Origin: a virus
IMG/VR virus record: IMGVR_UViG_3300045988_082903
Span: 1 to 64,000 of that record
Length of the DNA: 64,000 nt
Strand: one strand, 5' to 3'
Positions 9,895 through 17,590 of this stretch are shown piece by piece; the first letter of the stretch is position 1; every line of letters starts with the position of its first letter. Both the position numbers and the translations under genes were made by a program. The notes under the pieces were generated by a model. It was not told the DNA's origin. It saw nothing but the letters and a program-made list of their open reading frames with translations, and ran no database searches.

Positions 9895-10153
9895 ATTTTT
9901 CCCTTTCGTATCTGTATTCCGTCAAACGGTATGCTCTCGATATTCCCGGATGTTCTGTGGCAATCAGAGAATCCATCTCCAATTGCCGCATATGTCTCTG
10001 GACGGTACATTTTGTAAGGTCTGTTCCATCCATGATTTCTTCATAAGAAGGCATATATCCGTGTTTCTCAAAATACTTGACAAGAAATCTGTAAATATCG
10101 TTTCTGGCAGATTGCCCCTCATTATATTTCCTCTGGCGGTAATTCATACGCAA
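9854..10153 (-). CDS. Winged-helix DNA-binding protein (LexA-N-like)
   Basis: YRFLVKYFEKHGYMPSYEEIMDGTDLTKCTVQRHMRQLE resembles LexA-type wHTH. Confidence 0.55.
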   Translation of the reverse strand: MRMNYRQRKYNEGQSARNDIYRFLVKYFEKHGYMPSYEEIMDGTDLTKCTVQRHMRQLEMDSLIATEHPGISRAYRLTEYRYEREKYGKQIKDESTKEK

Positions 10154-10461
10154 AACGGCTCTTCTGCCGCAGTATTACTTTTTTCTGCACGCATTTTATT
10201 TAATCTTTCCGCAGCTTTCTTTTTCGCTTCATCGGAATATTTTCTTGGTGGATTGATTTTAATGTAGGAATACGGCAAGTGGGCGAAAATAGATCCATCA
10301 TTATTTCTGGCAAGAATTTTCACATCATCTGGAAATTCCTTTTCTAATTCCTCACATCTGTTCTTCCAGGTGCTCCCATTCTTAGCAGTAAGCCCTACAT
10401 AATCTCTTCCTGGAATCCACTCAATTACGCATTCGTTTGTGTTTTCTGACACAAAACTCAC
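10144..10461 (-). CDS. Hypothetical protein
   Basis: 105-aa ORF in operon context. Confidence 0.5.
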   Translation of the reverse strand: MSFVSENTNECVIEWIPGRDYVGLTAKNGSTWKNRCEELEKEFPDDVKILARNNDGSIFAHLPYSYIKINPPRKYSDEAKKKAAERLNKMRAEKSNTAAEEPFCV

Positions 10462-10524
10462 CTCTATTCATTTTTTTATTTTTATCTTTGGAATTTAGCC
10501 AGTAGAACTACTGGTGTGTTAGAA

Positions 10525-11115
10525 TCAGTGATAGTTTTCTTCGTTGAGTAAGTCGTTAAATTTTTCCAACGCCTTAATAGATACTTTGTTATTTGCTTTT
10601 TCTGGTCTGATTGATACGTTTAAATGGATATCAATGATGTGTTTTAGTTCTCTTGCAAGGGTTATTTTCCCCTGTTGGATTCCATCTCTATATCCTTTTG
10701 CTGGACGAAATTCATTGATTTTTTCTTTCCCTTCCCCTTGGCTCCCAGAGGTTTTATTATATCTGCATTGATATCCTTTTTTGGTATACTCTAATATCCA
10801 GTATTGTTCCATTTTATCAAGCTGTTCGACAGGATAATGGATAAAATTTATTTTCCACCCAAAAGGATTTTCTTCGCTGTAAAATCCTCTTTTCTTAATT
10901 GATAGGTCTATGTGCTGATACCCAGTAAGGTGTGAGCACATCCTCTGAATTATATGTACTGCCTGACCTATATAAAAGTATGAGATTTCGTTTTCATCAG
11001 TTCTGGTTAAAAAATATATTCCGCTCCCATCATCAAGCTTTGGATTGATCTTCATGAGTCTTTTTCGATTCGTTGTTTCAATAGCTTTTGCCTGTCTAAG
11101 CTTTTTATAATCCAC
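10525..11115 (-). CDS. GIY-YIG nuclease domain protein
   Basis: GIYFL..(11)..YIGQA..IIQR..H...YWILEY...YNKTSG. Confidence 0.7.
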   Translation of the reverse strand: MDYKKLRQAKAIETTNRKRLMKINPKLDDGSGIYFLTRTDENEISYFYIGQAVHIIQRMCSHLTGYQHIDLSIKKRGFYSEENPFGWKINFIHYPVEQLDKMEQYWILEYTKKGYQCRYNKTSGSQGEGKEKINEFRPAKGYRDGIQQGKITLARELKHIIDIHLNVSIRPEKANNKVSIKALEKFNDLLNEENYH

Positions 11116-11121
11116 CCAGAA

Positions 11122-11547
11122 TCACTCCTTTTCAATCTGGTCAATGAGTTTTTTGCACTCAGCTTTGACATAAGCAAGTGAGTGAATTTTGCAATCTGGA
11201 TTTTTGTTTAATTCTCGCCAGTAATCTCCCATTATTTTAAGCATTTTTTTGAAGTCTGGTTCTTCCCCGAAATACTGTTCTGCTATCTCAATATCATAAC
11301 CATCGAAACAATGAGCGCAGTCAAATCCAATCCACCATGTATCATCATCGTCACAATCGTGTAGAAATGGTTCTGAATAAGTAACTCCACCATGACAGTC
11401 AAGATAACCTAAATCATCAACACTTTTCTTTGCTAACTTATGGCTGTAAGGTATACCAACATATCCGCATCTGTATGCTCCTGGCATAAACAGAACCACA
11501 TATGGATAACCTTTGTATGTAGACTTTGTTTCTAAAACTGGTTTCAT
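11122..11547 (-). CDS. Hypothetical protein
   Basis: 141-aa ORF. Confidence 0.5.
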   Translation of the reverse strand: MKPVLETKSTYKGYPYVVLFMPGAYRCGYVGIPYSHKLAKKSVDDLGYLDCHGGVTYSEPFLHDCDDDDTWWIGFDCAHCFDGYDIEIAEQYFGEEPDFKKMLKIMGDYWRELNKNPDCKIHSLAYVKAECKKLIDQIEKE

Positions 11548-11551
11548 TTAA

Positions 11552-11998
11552 TCACTCCCATTCACTCTCGTATTCATCTTCGCCCTCATCATAGTAACCA
11601 TTTTCCATGATTTCTTTGAATGCAGCTATTGCCTTTCTGAACCTGTCACGCAAAACCTGTTCTTTCTGTTCAAGATCATCAATAACCTTTTTTCTTTCTG
11701 CGATTTCTTCTAAAAGAGATTTATTCTCTTCTTCAAGATTGTATCTGGCAATGCGTTTCATGGTTGTTGGATCAAGTTTTACAAGTTCCTTTCCAGTAAC
11801 GTAAAGAGTTGTTGGATTCATTATTGCCGGCGCATACGTTCTTGTCTCGCCATAAACCGATGTAGTTTCTATTTGTTCTGGCGGTTCAGTAATATCCTCA
11901 ATAGATTCAACATCAAAGCACATCATTTTCTGATTGCTAAAATAAATAATCTGTCCTGTTTGTACCATTTCATCACTCCTAACTAAACGGAAATTCAT
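11552..11998 (-). CDS. Hypothetical protein
   Basis: 148-aa ORF with acidic C-terminus. Confidence 0.5.
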   Translation of the reverse strand: MNFRLVRSDEMVQTGQIIYFSNQKMMCFDVESIEDITEPPEQIETTSVYGETRTYAPAIMNPTTLYVTGKELVKLDPTTMKRIARYNLEEENKSLLEEIAERKKVIDDLEQKEQVLRDRFRKAIAAFKEIMENGYYDEGEDEYESEWE

Positions 11999-12411
11999 CT
12001 TCCATACTGCCTAAATCTGGCACATCCATGAAACTAGGTTCCGGCGGCGGTACTGGTCGTGTATCTGGTTTCTGTGGATTCTCTGTCTGACCTTTGTTTT
12101 CTGCAAAATCATGTGATTCCACAAAACAGTCATTTGTGTATATTTTTTCACCATTTTGGTTCGTATAACTTCCAGTCTGCCATTTCCCTCTAATATTAAT
12201 TTTCATTCCTTTTTTTCAGAAATTTCTCAACAAATTCTGCATTCTTTCCAAGTGCTACGCATGGTATAAAGTCGGCTTTACGCTCTGTGTTCTTTCTTTT
12301 TTCTCTATCAACCGCCAATGTGTATCTGGCAATCTTAGTGTCGTTAGTTCCCATTCGTATTTCCGGGTCAGCTGTCAGCCGCCCGGATAATACAACTACA
12401 TTAAATCCCAT
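11979..12411 (-). pseudogene. ssb: Canonical single-stranded DNA-binding protein interrupted by a +1 nt homopolymer frameshift
   Basis: N-part MGFNVVVLSGRLTADPEIR...ADFIPCVALGKNAEFVEKFLKK stops at 12196. C-part (G)MKINIRGKWQTGSY...EDEFPFS is in the next frame. Removing one A from the A7 run (T7 at 12210-12216 on plus) restores FLKKGMKINIRGKWQ. Confidence 0.8.
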
Positions 12412-12415
12412 ACAA

Positions 12416-12604
12416 TCACCTCTCAATCTGAATGTCGCATCTAATAAGTGCGTGTTTGATTTTCTTTGTATTTCCTGTTACAGTTTCTTCTTTCCCGATA
12501 ACAAAGGAAATATCATCTTCTGTTACGTTGAATCCTTTTGTTTTGATATGCTCCATGATGATTTCTTTAATTTCATCTGTGCCGATTCCGATTGTTATTT
12601 CCAA
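12416..12604 (-). CDS. Hypothetical small protein
   Basis: TTG 12602-12604 eight nt after GGGAGG, right after the upstream stop; the longer ORF to 12697 would overlap the upstream gene. Confidence 0.4.
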   Translation of the reverse strand: MEITIGIGTDEIKEIIMEHIKTKGFNVTEDDISFVIGKEETVTGNTKKIKHALIRCDIQIER

Positions 12605-12609
12605 TGGTG

Positions 12610-12966
12610 TTACCTCCCTGGTTTGTATACTGGTGGCATTGGTTGCCATGCAATGACTGGGTAATATGCAATTCCGTGTTCTTCTACCATGCCCCATCTT
12701 CCACCGCCTAAATATGTAAGGGTTGTTGGTAACTCGGCGTCTTTTATGGTAACGTTGTATTTTATCTTATCTTCTGGGCTTTCTCTCACATCTGGCTCTG
12801 GCGGTAACTTCACATCTGTTGGAATCCACATATCCGCAGGACTGTAGGAACAGATCAGTTCTTCAACTTTCTTGATTGCGTCATTCCAACCTTTGTCGTA
12901 CTTACATTCCTGTTCGGAAGGTTCTGGCTTTTTCAGTTTGTTAAGTGTTTTTAAGAAGATTTTCAT
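12610..12966 (-). CDS. DUF551-like protein
   Basis: MWIPTDVKLPPEPD...VIAWQPMPPVYKP signature. Confidence 0.5.
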   Translation of the reverse strand: MKIFLKTLNKLKKPEPSEQECKYDKGWNDAIKKVEELICSYSPADMWIPTDVKLPPEPDVRESPEDKIKYNVTIKDAELPTTLTYLGGGRWGMVEEHGIAYYPVIAWQPMPPVYKPGR

Positions 12967-12969
12967 TGG

Positions 12970-13299
12970 TTAATCCTCCTTAACTTTCTCGACAGTTTCT
13001 TTTATCGCTTCTTTCACAGCCTTGGTTTTAATCATCTTATCTGCCAAGGCTTTTGCCGCTTCCTGTACGATCACGCTTTCATTCTTTTCTAGTATCTCGG
13101 AAATATGAGAATGTATCATCCTACACAGCGGCTCATTGGTTTCTCTACTACCATATAACTCTTTTTTATAAATAACTCCTTTGATTTCTTTAGTAATTTT
13201 TTCAACTACCCTGTCCTCAACATTTTTACGGATTTCCTTGGCAATTTCTTCCTCATTAACACCAATCGTTACTGGTACACTGAATACGCTCATTTTCAA
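12970..13299 (-). CDS. Hypothetical protein
   Basis: 109-aa ORF. Confidence 0.5.
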   Translation of the reverse strand: MKMSVFSVPVTIGVNEEEIAKEIRKNVEDRVVEKITKEIKGVIYKKELYGSRETNEPLCRMIHSHISEILEKNESVIVQEAAKALADKMIKTKAVKEAIKETVEKVKED

Positions 13300-13778
13300 T
13301 TTCCCTCCCCTATAGCTATCACATCACATCCAATAAATACCAATTCCTCATGTTCACTCATTCCATAGCCGACAGATTTTCTTCCTACTTTAAAAAATAC
13401 ATTATTTGTATTAACCGTAACTCCTTCAGTTTTTTCCATATAATCAGAAACAATAGCTTTCAAAATATCTTCATTTAAGAAAGTTTTTCTTTCGACTATC
13501 GGATGTTCTTTTGGCATATATTCAAGCCATGTCTCTATACCTTTGTATTCTTTTCCTTCTGTGTCAGTCCATTCGCCATTTCCAGTATATGCAAGCATGA
13601 TGATTCTTTCAGAGTTTTTCAGCTTTACATAATACAAACATGCGGTATCATCAGTTGGAGCTTCTGGAAGCATATCTCTTACTGAGCGCCATGCACTAGT
13701 TGAAGGAATTGTTTTTCCTGCTTTACGGTCTACATGCTCCTGTCCTTTAATTACATAGTTTCTAAATTTTTTTGGCAT
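13296..13778 (-). CDS. Hypothetical protein with DUF551-like N-terminal part
   Basis: AWRSVRDMLPEAP...GEWTD...ETWLEYMPKE. Confidence 0.45.
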   Translation of the reverse strand: MPKKFRNYVIKGQEHVDRKAGKTIPSTSAWRSVRDMLPEAPTDDTACLYYVKLKNSERIIMLAYTGNGEWTDTEGKEYKGIETWLEYMPKEHPIVERKTFLNEDILKAIVSDYMEKTEGVTVNTNNVFFKVGRKSVGYGMSEHEELVFIGCDVIAIGEGN

Positions 13779-13795
13779 TAATTTTCTCCTTTCAA

Positions 13796-14071
13796 TTATT
13801 CAGTCGAATTGTTTTCCTTATCATCTTCAACTGCTTTCCAAATACAATCCATAACAGATGCATAATCAAGCAGTATTTCTCTTTCTCTGATGTTTCTTCC
13901 GTCTTTTTCATGCCAATCTCTCACTATATAAAGTTCGGCATTTGCAGAAAGAATATCTGTTTTCATGTCCCAGTATTTAATATGGATTTCATAAGCTGCA
14001 TTCGCAGAAATTGGATTTACGTAAATTCCTTTTGTTACTTCTTTCCAATCTTTCAAGTCAATTGATACCAT
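13796..14071 (-). CDS. Hypothetical protein
   Basis: 91-aa ORF. Confidence 0.5.
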   Translation of the reverse strand: MVSIDLKDWKEVTKGIYVNPISANAAYEIHIKYWDMKTDILSANAELYIVRDWHEKDGRNIREREILLDYASVMDCIWKAVEDDKENNSTE

Positions 14072-14083
14072 CTACTTCTCCTT

Positions 14084-14851
14084 TCAAAACGGACATAAGT
14101 CCAAGTTAATTTCCAGTCCAGGTGTTGCAATCTGGAAGATTGTATCAGCACCAGACGTTTCTTGTGTCTCACTCAAAATCTGTTCCGGGTCAGCTGCTTC
14201 ATTACTCAAATGCACCAATGTTACCGTCCGTAATGCTGCCGTATGGTTCATATTTACCAAGCTTTTGCAAGTATCTAAGGAACAATGCCCTTTAAGCCTG
14301 TGCGTGTAATTTTCAGCTGTTTTGTCAACCAATTCTTTACAATAGTTGCACTCAATAACTAAGTGGTTCAGTCGCATTGCCTTGAAATTGTATCGGCAAA
14401 ACTCAAAGTCTGTCATATACAACAGCTTTCCCATCTCTTTATGTTCCACGATATACCCATAATTGAAACACGGAATAAGTTGCCCTGTATCCTTGTCCCT
14501 TGTAGTATGTGGCAAATAGAACGGTATTACTGTAAACGAGCCAACCCGAAATGGTCTTTTCTCTGGAACACCTTTCATCAGCTCACCAGTGATGATTTGC
14601 AGATGTTCCACGGTTTCATCATTGGTGTAAATCTGAATGCCGGCGTTCATCAGTTCCCGAAATGATTTGATGTGATCTCCATGCTCATGACTAAGCAATA
14701 CGCCAGAAACATCACTTGTTCTGTAATCAATAGCTCTTAAAATGTCTTTGTATCTGCATCCACAGTCCAGAACAAGCATTTCTCCGCTGTTGGATTTCAA
14801 AACATAGCAGTTCCCATGGGCGCTTCCTGTGTTTACTACTCGCATGAACAA
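14084..14851 (-). CDS. Metallo-beta-lactamase-fold hydrolase (likely nuclease partner of RecT)
   Basis: LLSHEHGDH motif; TTG start six nt after GAGGTGA; sits in the recombination module. Confidence 0.8.
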   Translation of the reverse strand: MFMRVVNTGSAHGNCYVLKSNSGEMLVLDCGCRYKDILRAIDYRTSDVSGVLLSHEHGDHIKSFRELMNAGIQIYTNDETVEHLQIITGELMKGVPEKRPFRVGSFTVIPFYLPHTTRDKDTGQLIPCFNYGYIVEHKEMGKLLYMTDFEFCRYNFKAMRLNHLVIECNYCKELVDKTAENYTHRLKGHCSLDTCKSLVNMNHTAALRTVTLVHLSNEAADPEQILSETQETSGADTIFQIATPGLEINLDLCPF

Positions 14852-14873
14852 TTTTCATCACCTCGCTTTCTGT

Positions 14874-15083
14874 TTATTTGTAGCTATTTAAAATTGAAGA
14901 AGCAGTTTCTCCAATCATATTTTTATCGTCCTGCTGATATGGAGGAGCTCCGCTCCATAATTCTTTCATATCTTTTAAATCTGTAGCCACCATTGCGTCC
15001 CTTATTAATTGAAGCTCTTTAAGCGATAATTCCACAGTTACAATAGAATCCCAATTAATTCTCTTTCTTCCTATCTCTTTCAT
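14874..15083 (-). CDS. Hypothetical protein
   Basis: 69-aa ORF. Confidence 0.5.
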   Translation of the reverse strand: MKEIGRKRINWDSIVTVELSLKELQLIRDAMVATDLKDMKELWSGAPPYQQDDKNMIGETASSILNSYK

Positions 15084-15433
15084 ACTTCATCATCCTCCGG
15101 GAACTGAAATACAATGTTTGCCGGTTCGAATTTCATTTCATCTCCACTTGTAAAAGTTCTTATGATTCCAAACCCTTTGGTTGACACCATTTCTAAGAAC
15201 TTTTTTTCATCATTTTCCGTAATGTGCATGTTTTGTGAAAAGAATGTTCCTGTATATGTGTTATGTAACATTTTCATAGCATTCTCAGCTTTTTCATCTG
15301 TCAAATAACGAGCCATGACTGTTCCTTTTTCACCTACCATTGGCACATATGCTCTTATGATATTTCCAGTTCTGCTTAATGATGTGATTTCATAAGGAAC
15401 ATCAAACTCTCCGTTCTGTGAAACTAATCTCAT
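15080..15433 (-). CDS. Hypothetical protein (paralogue of 8378..8737)
   Basis: MRLVSQN..., ..YLTDEKAENAMKML.., FQFPEDDEV shared pattern. Confidence 0.55.
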   Translation of the reverse strand: MRLVSQNGEFDVPYEITSLSRTGNIIRAYVPMVGEKGTVMARYLTDEKAENAMKMLHNTYTGTFFSQNMHITENDEKKFLEMVSTKGFGIIRTFTSGDEMKFEPANIVFQFPEDDEV

Positions 15434-15435
15434 TC

Positions 15436-15849
15436 CTACTCACCTCCGAAAAAAGTTTCTCTCATATCAACAGGCTTATATTTTTTATGCATTAAAGCTT
15501 TGTTCTTTCTGGCTCCCTGTGGGTCATTGCAGACAAATGATTTGCATATCTCCGGTCTAACAGGGTAGATTGAACATTTCTCTTTTGCCTTATCGTCCAT
15601 CAGAAACGGACAGGTTAAATCCATTAATGAAGCAGTGAAATTATGTCTGCATTCCTTGATATGGTGTTTGCGAATATACCACTTGATCTGTTTGATTTCC
15701 TTGGATGATATCGGTAGAAAATTTGAACAACACGAACCGCATTCTGAACATTTCCCATCTACCGTGAAATCATAAAGTCCGCTGTTCATATTGCTTACAA
15801 CTTCTTTAATTGTTTCAATTACACTGCTACTCATGTCAGTTTTCCTCAT
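15436..15849 (-). CDS. YkgJ-type cysteine-cluster protein
   Basis: CSECGSCCSNF...C..YPVRPEICKSFVC pattern. Confidence 0.65.
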   Translation of the reverse strand: MRKTDMSSSVIETIKEVVSNMNSGLYDFTVDGKCSECGSCCSNFLPISSKEIKQIKWYIRKHHIKECRHNFTASLMDLTCPFLMDDKAKEKCSIYPVRPEICKSFVCNDPQGARKNKALMHKKYKPVDMRETFFGGE

Positions 15850-16120
15850 TTACGACAATACCGCCGTGGATAATAACTCTCTTTCCGTCCGAATCGTCAA
15901 AATAAACTTCATTTTCAGATTCGGAAACATCGAACTTTCCAGACCAGGACTTAATTTTACCACCGTTGTAATCGTAAACAGTTACGGTACGGTTCAGACC
16001 ACCGTCAATATCACTGGATAGTGATTTTAATGATCTGCTACAGGAAGAACAACCACTAAACATTGTGATTGCTATAACCCCTGTGACTAATACTGCTGTC
16101 TTAATACATTTATGCTTCAT
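15836..16120 (-). CDS. Putative lipoprotein
   Basis: Signal peptide ending in lipobox-like MFSGC. Confidence 0.6.
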   Translation of the reverse strand: MKHKCIKTAVLVTGVIAITMFSGCSSCSRSLKSLSSDIDGGLNRTVTVYDYNGGKIKSWSGKFDVSESENEVYFDDSDGKRVIIHGGIVVNEEN

Positions 16121-16133
16121 TTTGGCTCTCCTT

Positions 16134-16295
16134 TTACATTGTAAGTCGGATTATAATGAGTACCACATATGTAATAACATTTAAAAGAATAATTAAATTG
16201 GTTCGATTGTATTCATTTTTTCGAATAAAAGTTACTATCCATCCCAAAAGTGATATTAAAAGCAAAATAATAAGCACAATTGTGGAGGTTTCCAT
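16134..16295 (-). CDS. Small two-helix membrane protein (53 aa, below ORF-track cutoff)
   Basis: Hand translation METSTIVLIILLLISLLGWIVTFIRKNEYNRTNLIILLNVITYVVLIIIRLTM; AGGAGG eight nt upstream; fills gap exactly. Confidence 0.5.
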   Translation of the reverse strand: METSTIVLIILLLISLLGWIVTFIRKNEYNRTNLIILLNVITYVVLIIIRLTM

Positions 16296-16296
16296 C

Positions 16297-17244
16297 CTAC
16301 ATTTCCTCCTGGCTCATAAATGACGGAATTTCTGTTTCCACTGGCTCTGATTCCGGAACTGGTTCTTTTTCTGTTGTTTTTACGGTTTCGGCTACGGTTG
16401 GCTGCTTTGGCTTTTCTTCGATTGTTTCTGGCTGTGGAATGAATGCTTCTGTATTTGCATTCTCACTAATTTCATAAGCAACGTCTTGTTCAATAATATC
16501 CTGTTTTGGAATATCCTCTGTATTCTCGTCAGCTTCCTGTACAAAAACATCACCGTGGCTGTTGATGATCTGCTTTAATGCACGATTGATAACTGTTTTC
16601 TTTGCCATTTGATCGGTAAACTTCTGGTGTGCTCCATTACCGTTTTCTTTGTACCCATAGCCCTGTAACCAAGATTGTTTGATCTGCTTCATATTCATAA
16701 CTTCCAGGTGTTTTGTTCCATCTTCCATTTGAACTACCGCATATGCGCCAAGAATTTTATCATTATCAATATTCATAAAGTCCTGTTCATGGGAATCAAG
16801 CACCTTGTTTCCATCTTCAATGTGGTATTTGAACTTATCTCCTTGGTAGATGATCTCTGCGTGAATATCTTTCATTCCGTACCTTCTGGCAATCGTTATA
16901 TTTCCGAAATATGATCTCTGGAACTGACACTGATTTCCGTAAGAAATAAAATATCCTTGCTTTTTCTGCACTGAAAGACCAAGTGTTGCCATGTTCATAA
17001 GGCTGTTTGCAATGCTGATCTGGCTACAAGATTCCAGAATCGGCTTATTATTTTTGTCTTTTGTTTCTTTCAGAATCAGATATGCCCCCATGAGCGCATT
17101 GCTGAGGTTGTAGTCTTTTGGGAACGAAAGACCGTATTCGCATTTTTTTTCAAGCTGCTTAACCAATCCATCAATGAATGAATTGTTGATTACAATTGCC
17201 GCCTGTTGTTCTCCTGCTGTTGCTAACTGTGTTTTTCCTGCCAT
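16297..17244 (-). CDS. recT: RecT-family single-strand annealing recombinase
   Basis: CSQISIANSLMNMATLGLSV..GYFISYGN.CQFQRSYFG RecT-like core; start ATG 17242-17244 after AAGGAGA. Confidence 0.8.
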   Translation of the reverse strand: MAGKTQLATAGEQQAAIVINNSFIDGLVKQLEKKCEYGLSFPKDYNLSNALMGAYLILKETKDKNNKPILESCSQISIANSLMNMATLGLSVQKKQGYFISYGNQCQFQRSYFGNITIARRYGMKDIHAEIIYQGDKFKYHIEDGNKVLDSHEQDFMNIDNDKILGAYAVVQMEDGTKHLEVMNMKQIKQSWLQGYGYKENGNGAHQKFTDQMAKKTVINRALKQIINSHGDVFVQEADENTEDIPKQDIIEQDVAYEISENANTEAFIPQPETIEEKPKQPTVAETVKTTEKEPVPESEPVETEIPSFMSQEEM

Positions 17245-17300
17245 TTTAATTCTCCTTTTCTTTTTTATATTTGCTAACACGCTGTTGCGTGATTGCATCA

Positions 17301-17401
17301 GTTTCGTACTTATGTCATTTGATATACCTCTCAACTAATCGAAATAAGTAACCAATTAACAGAGATGTTTCGTACCTGTGCTATTTGATATACATCTCAA
17401 C
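17301..17401. repeat. Two 35-nt imperfect direct repeats, 66 nt apart, in the RecT leader
   Basis: gtttcgtacttatgtcatttgatatacctctcaac (17301-17335) versus gtttcgtacctgtgctatttgatatacatctcaac (17367-17401). Confidence 0.8.
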
Positions 17402-17483
17402 CCCCAAATTCCATTTCACAGGTAGCACAGGTTTTGGTGAGTGATTATTTTCCTCACATTCCAGGTGCAAAATCACCTGTGAC

Positions 17484-17512
17484 TTGATTAAGCCAATTAT
17501 TTTTGATATTAT
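17484..17512 (+). promoter_or_regulatory. Sigma70-like promoter on the non-coding-sense strand
   Basis: TTGATT - 17 nt - TGaTATTAT. Confidence 0.35.
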
Positions 17513-17547
17513 TTAAGCAAATATAGTTTCTTCTATATTTCATATGG

Positions 17548-17590
17548 AACAGCCAGCCTGTCGCCAAACATTTGCTGGCTGTTTCTTTAT
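17548..17590 (+). terminator. Intrinsic terminator oriented for the plus strand
   Basis: AACAGCCAGC / GCTGGCTGTT 10-bp stem, then TCTTTATTT; the minus-strand reading lacks a U tract. Confidence 0.6.

Noticed and set aside
17245-17590. tRNA, tmRNA or other classical RNA genes in the large ORF-free gaps (also 25717-26127 and 30178-30774)
   Set aside because: By eye I could not find a cloverleaf with a GTTCRANYC-type T-loop or other hallmark. A tRNAscan or Rfam run would be needed for a definitive negative.
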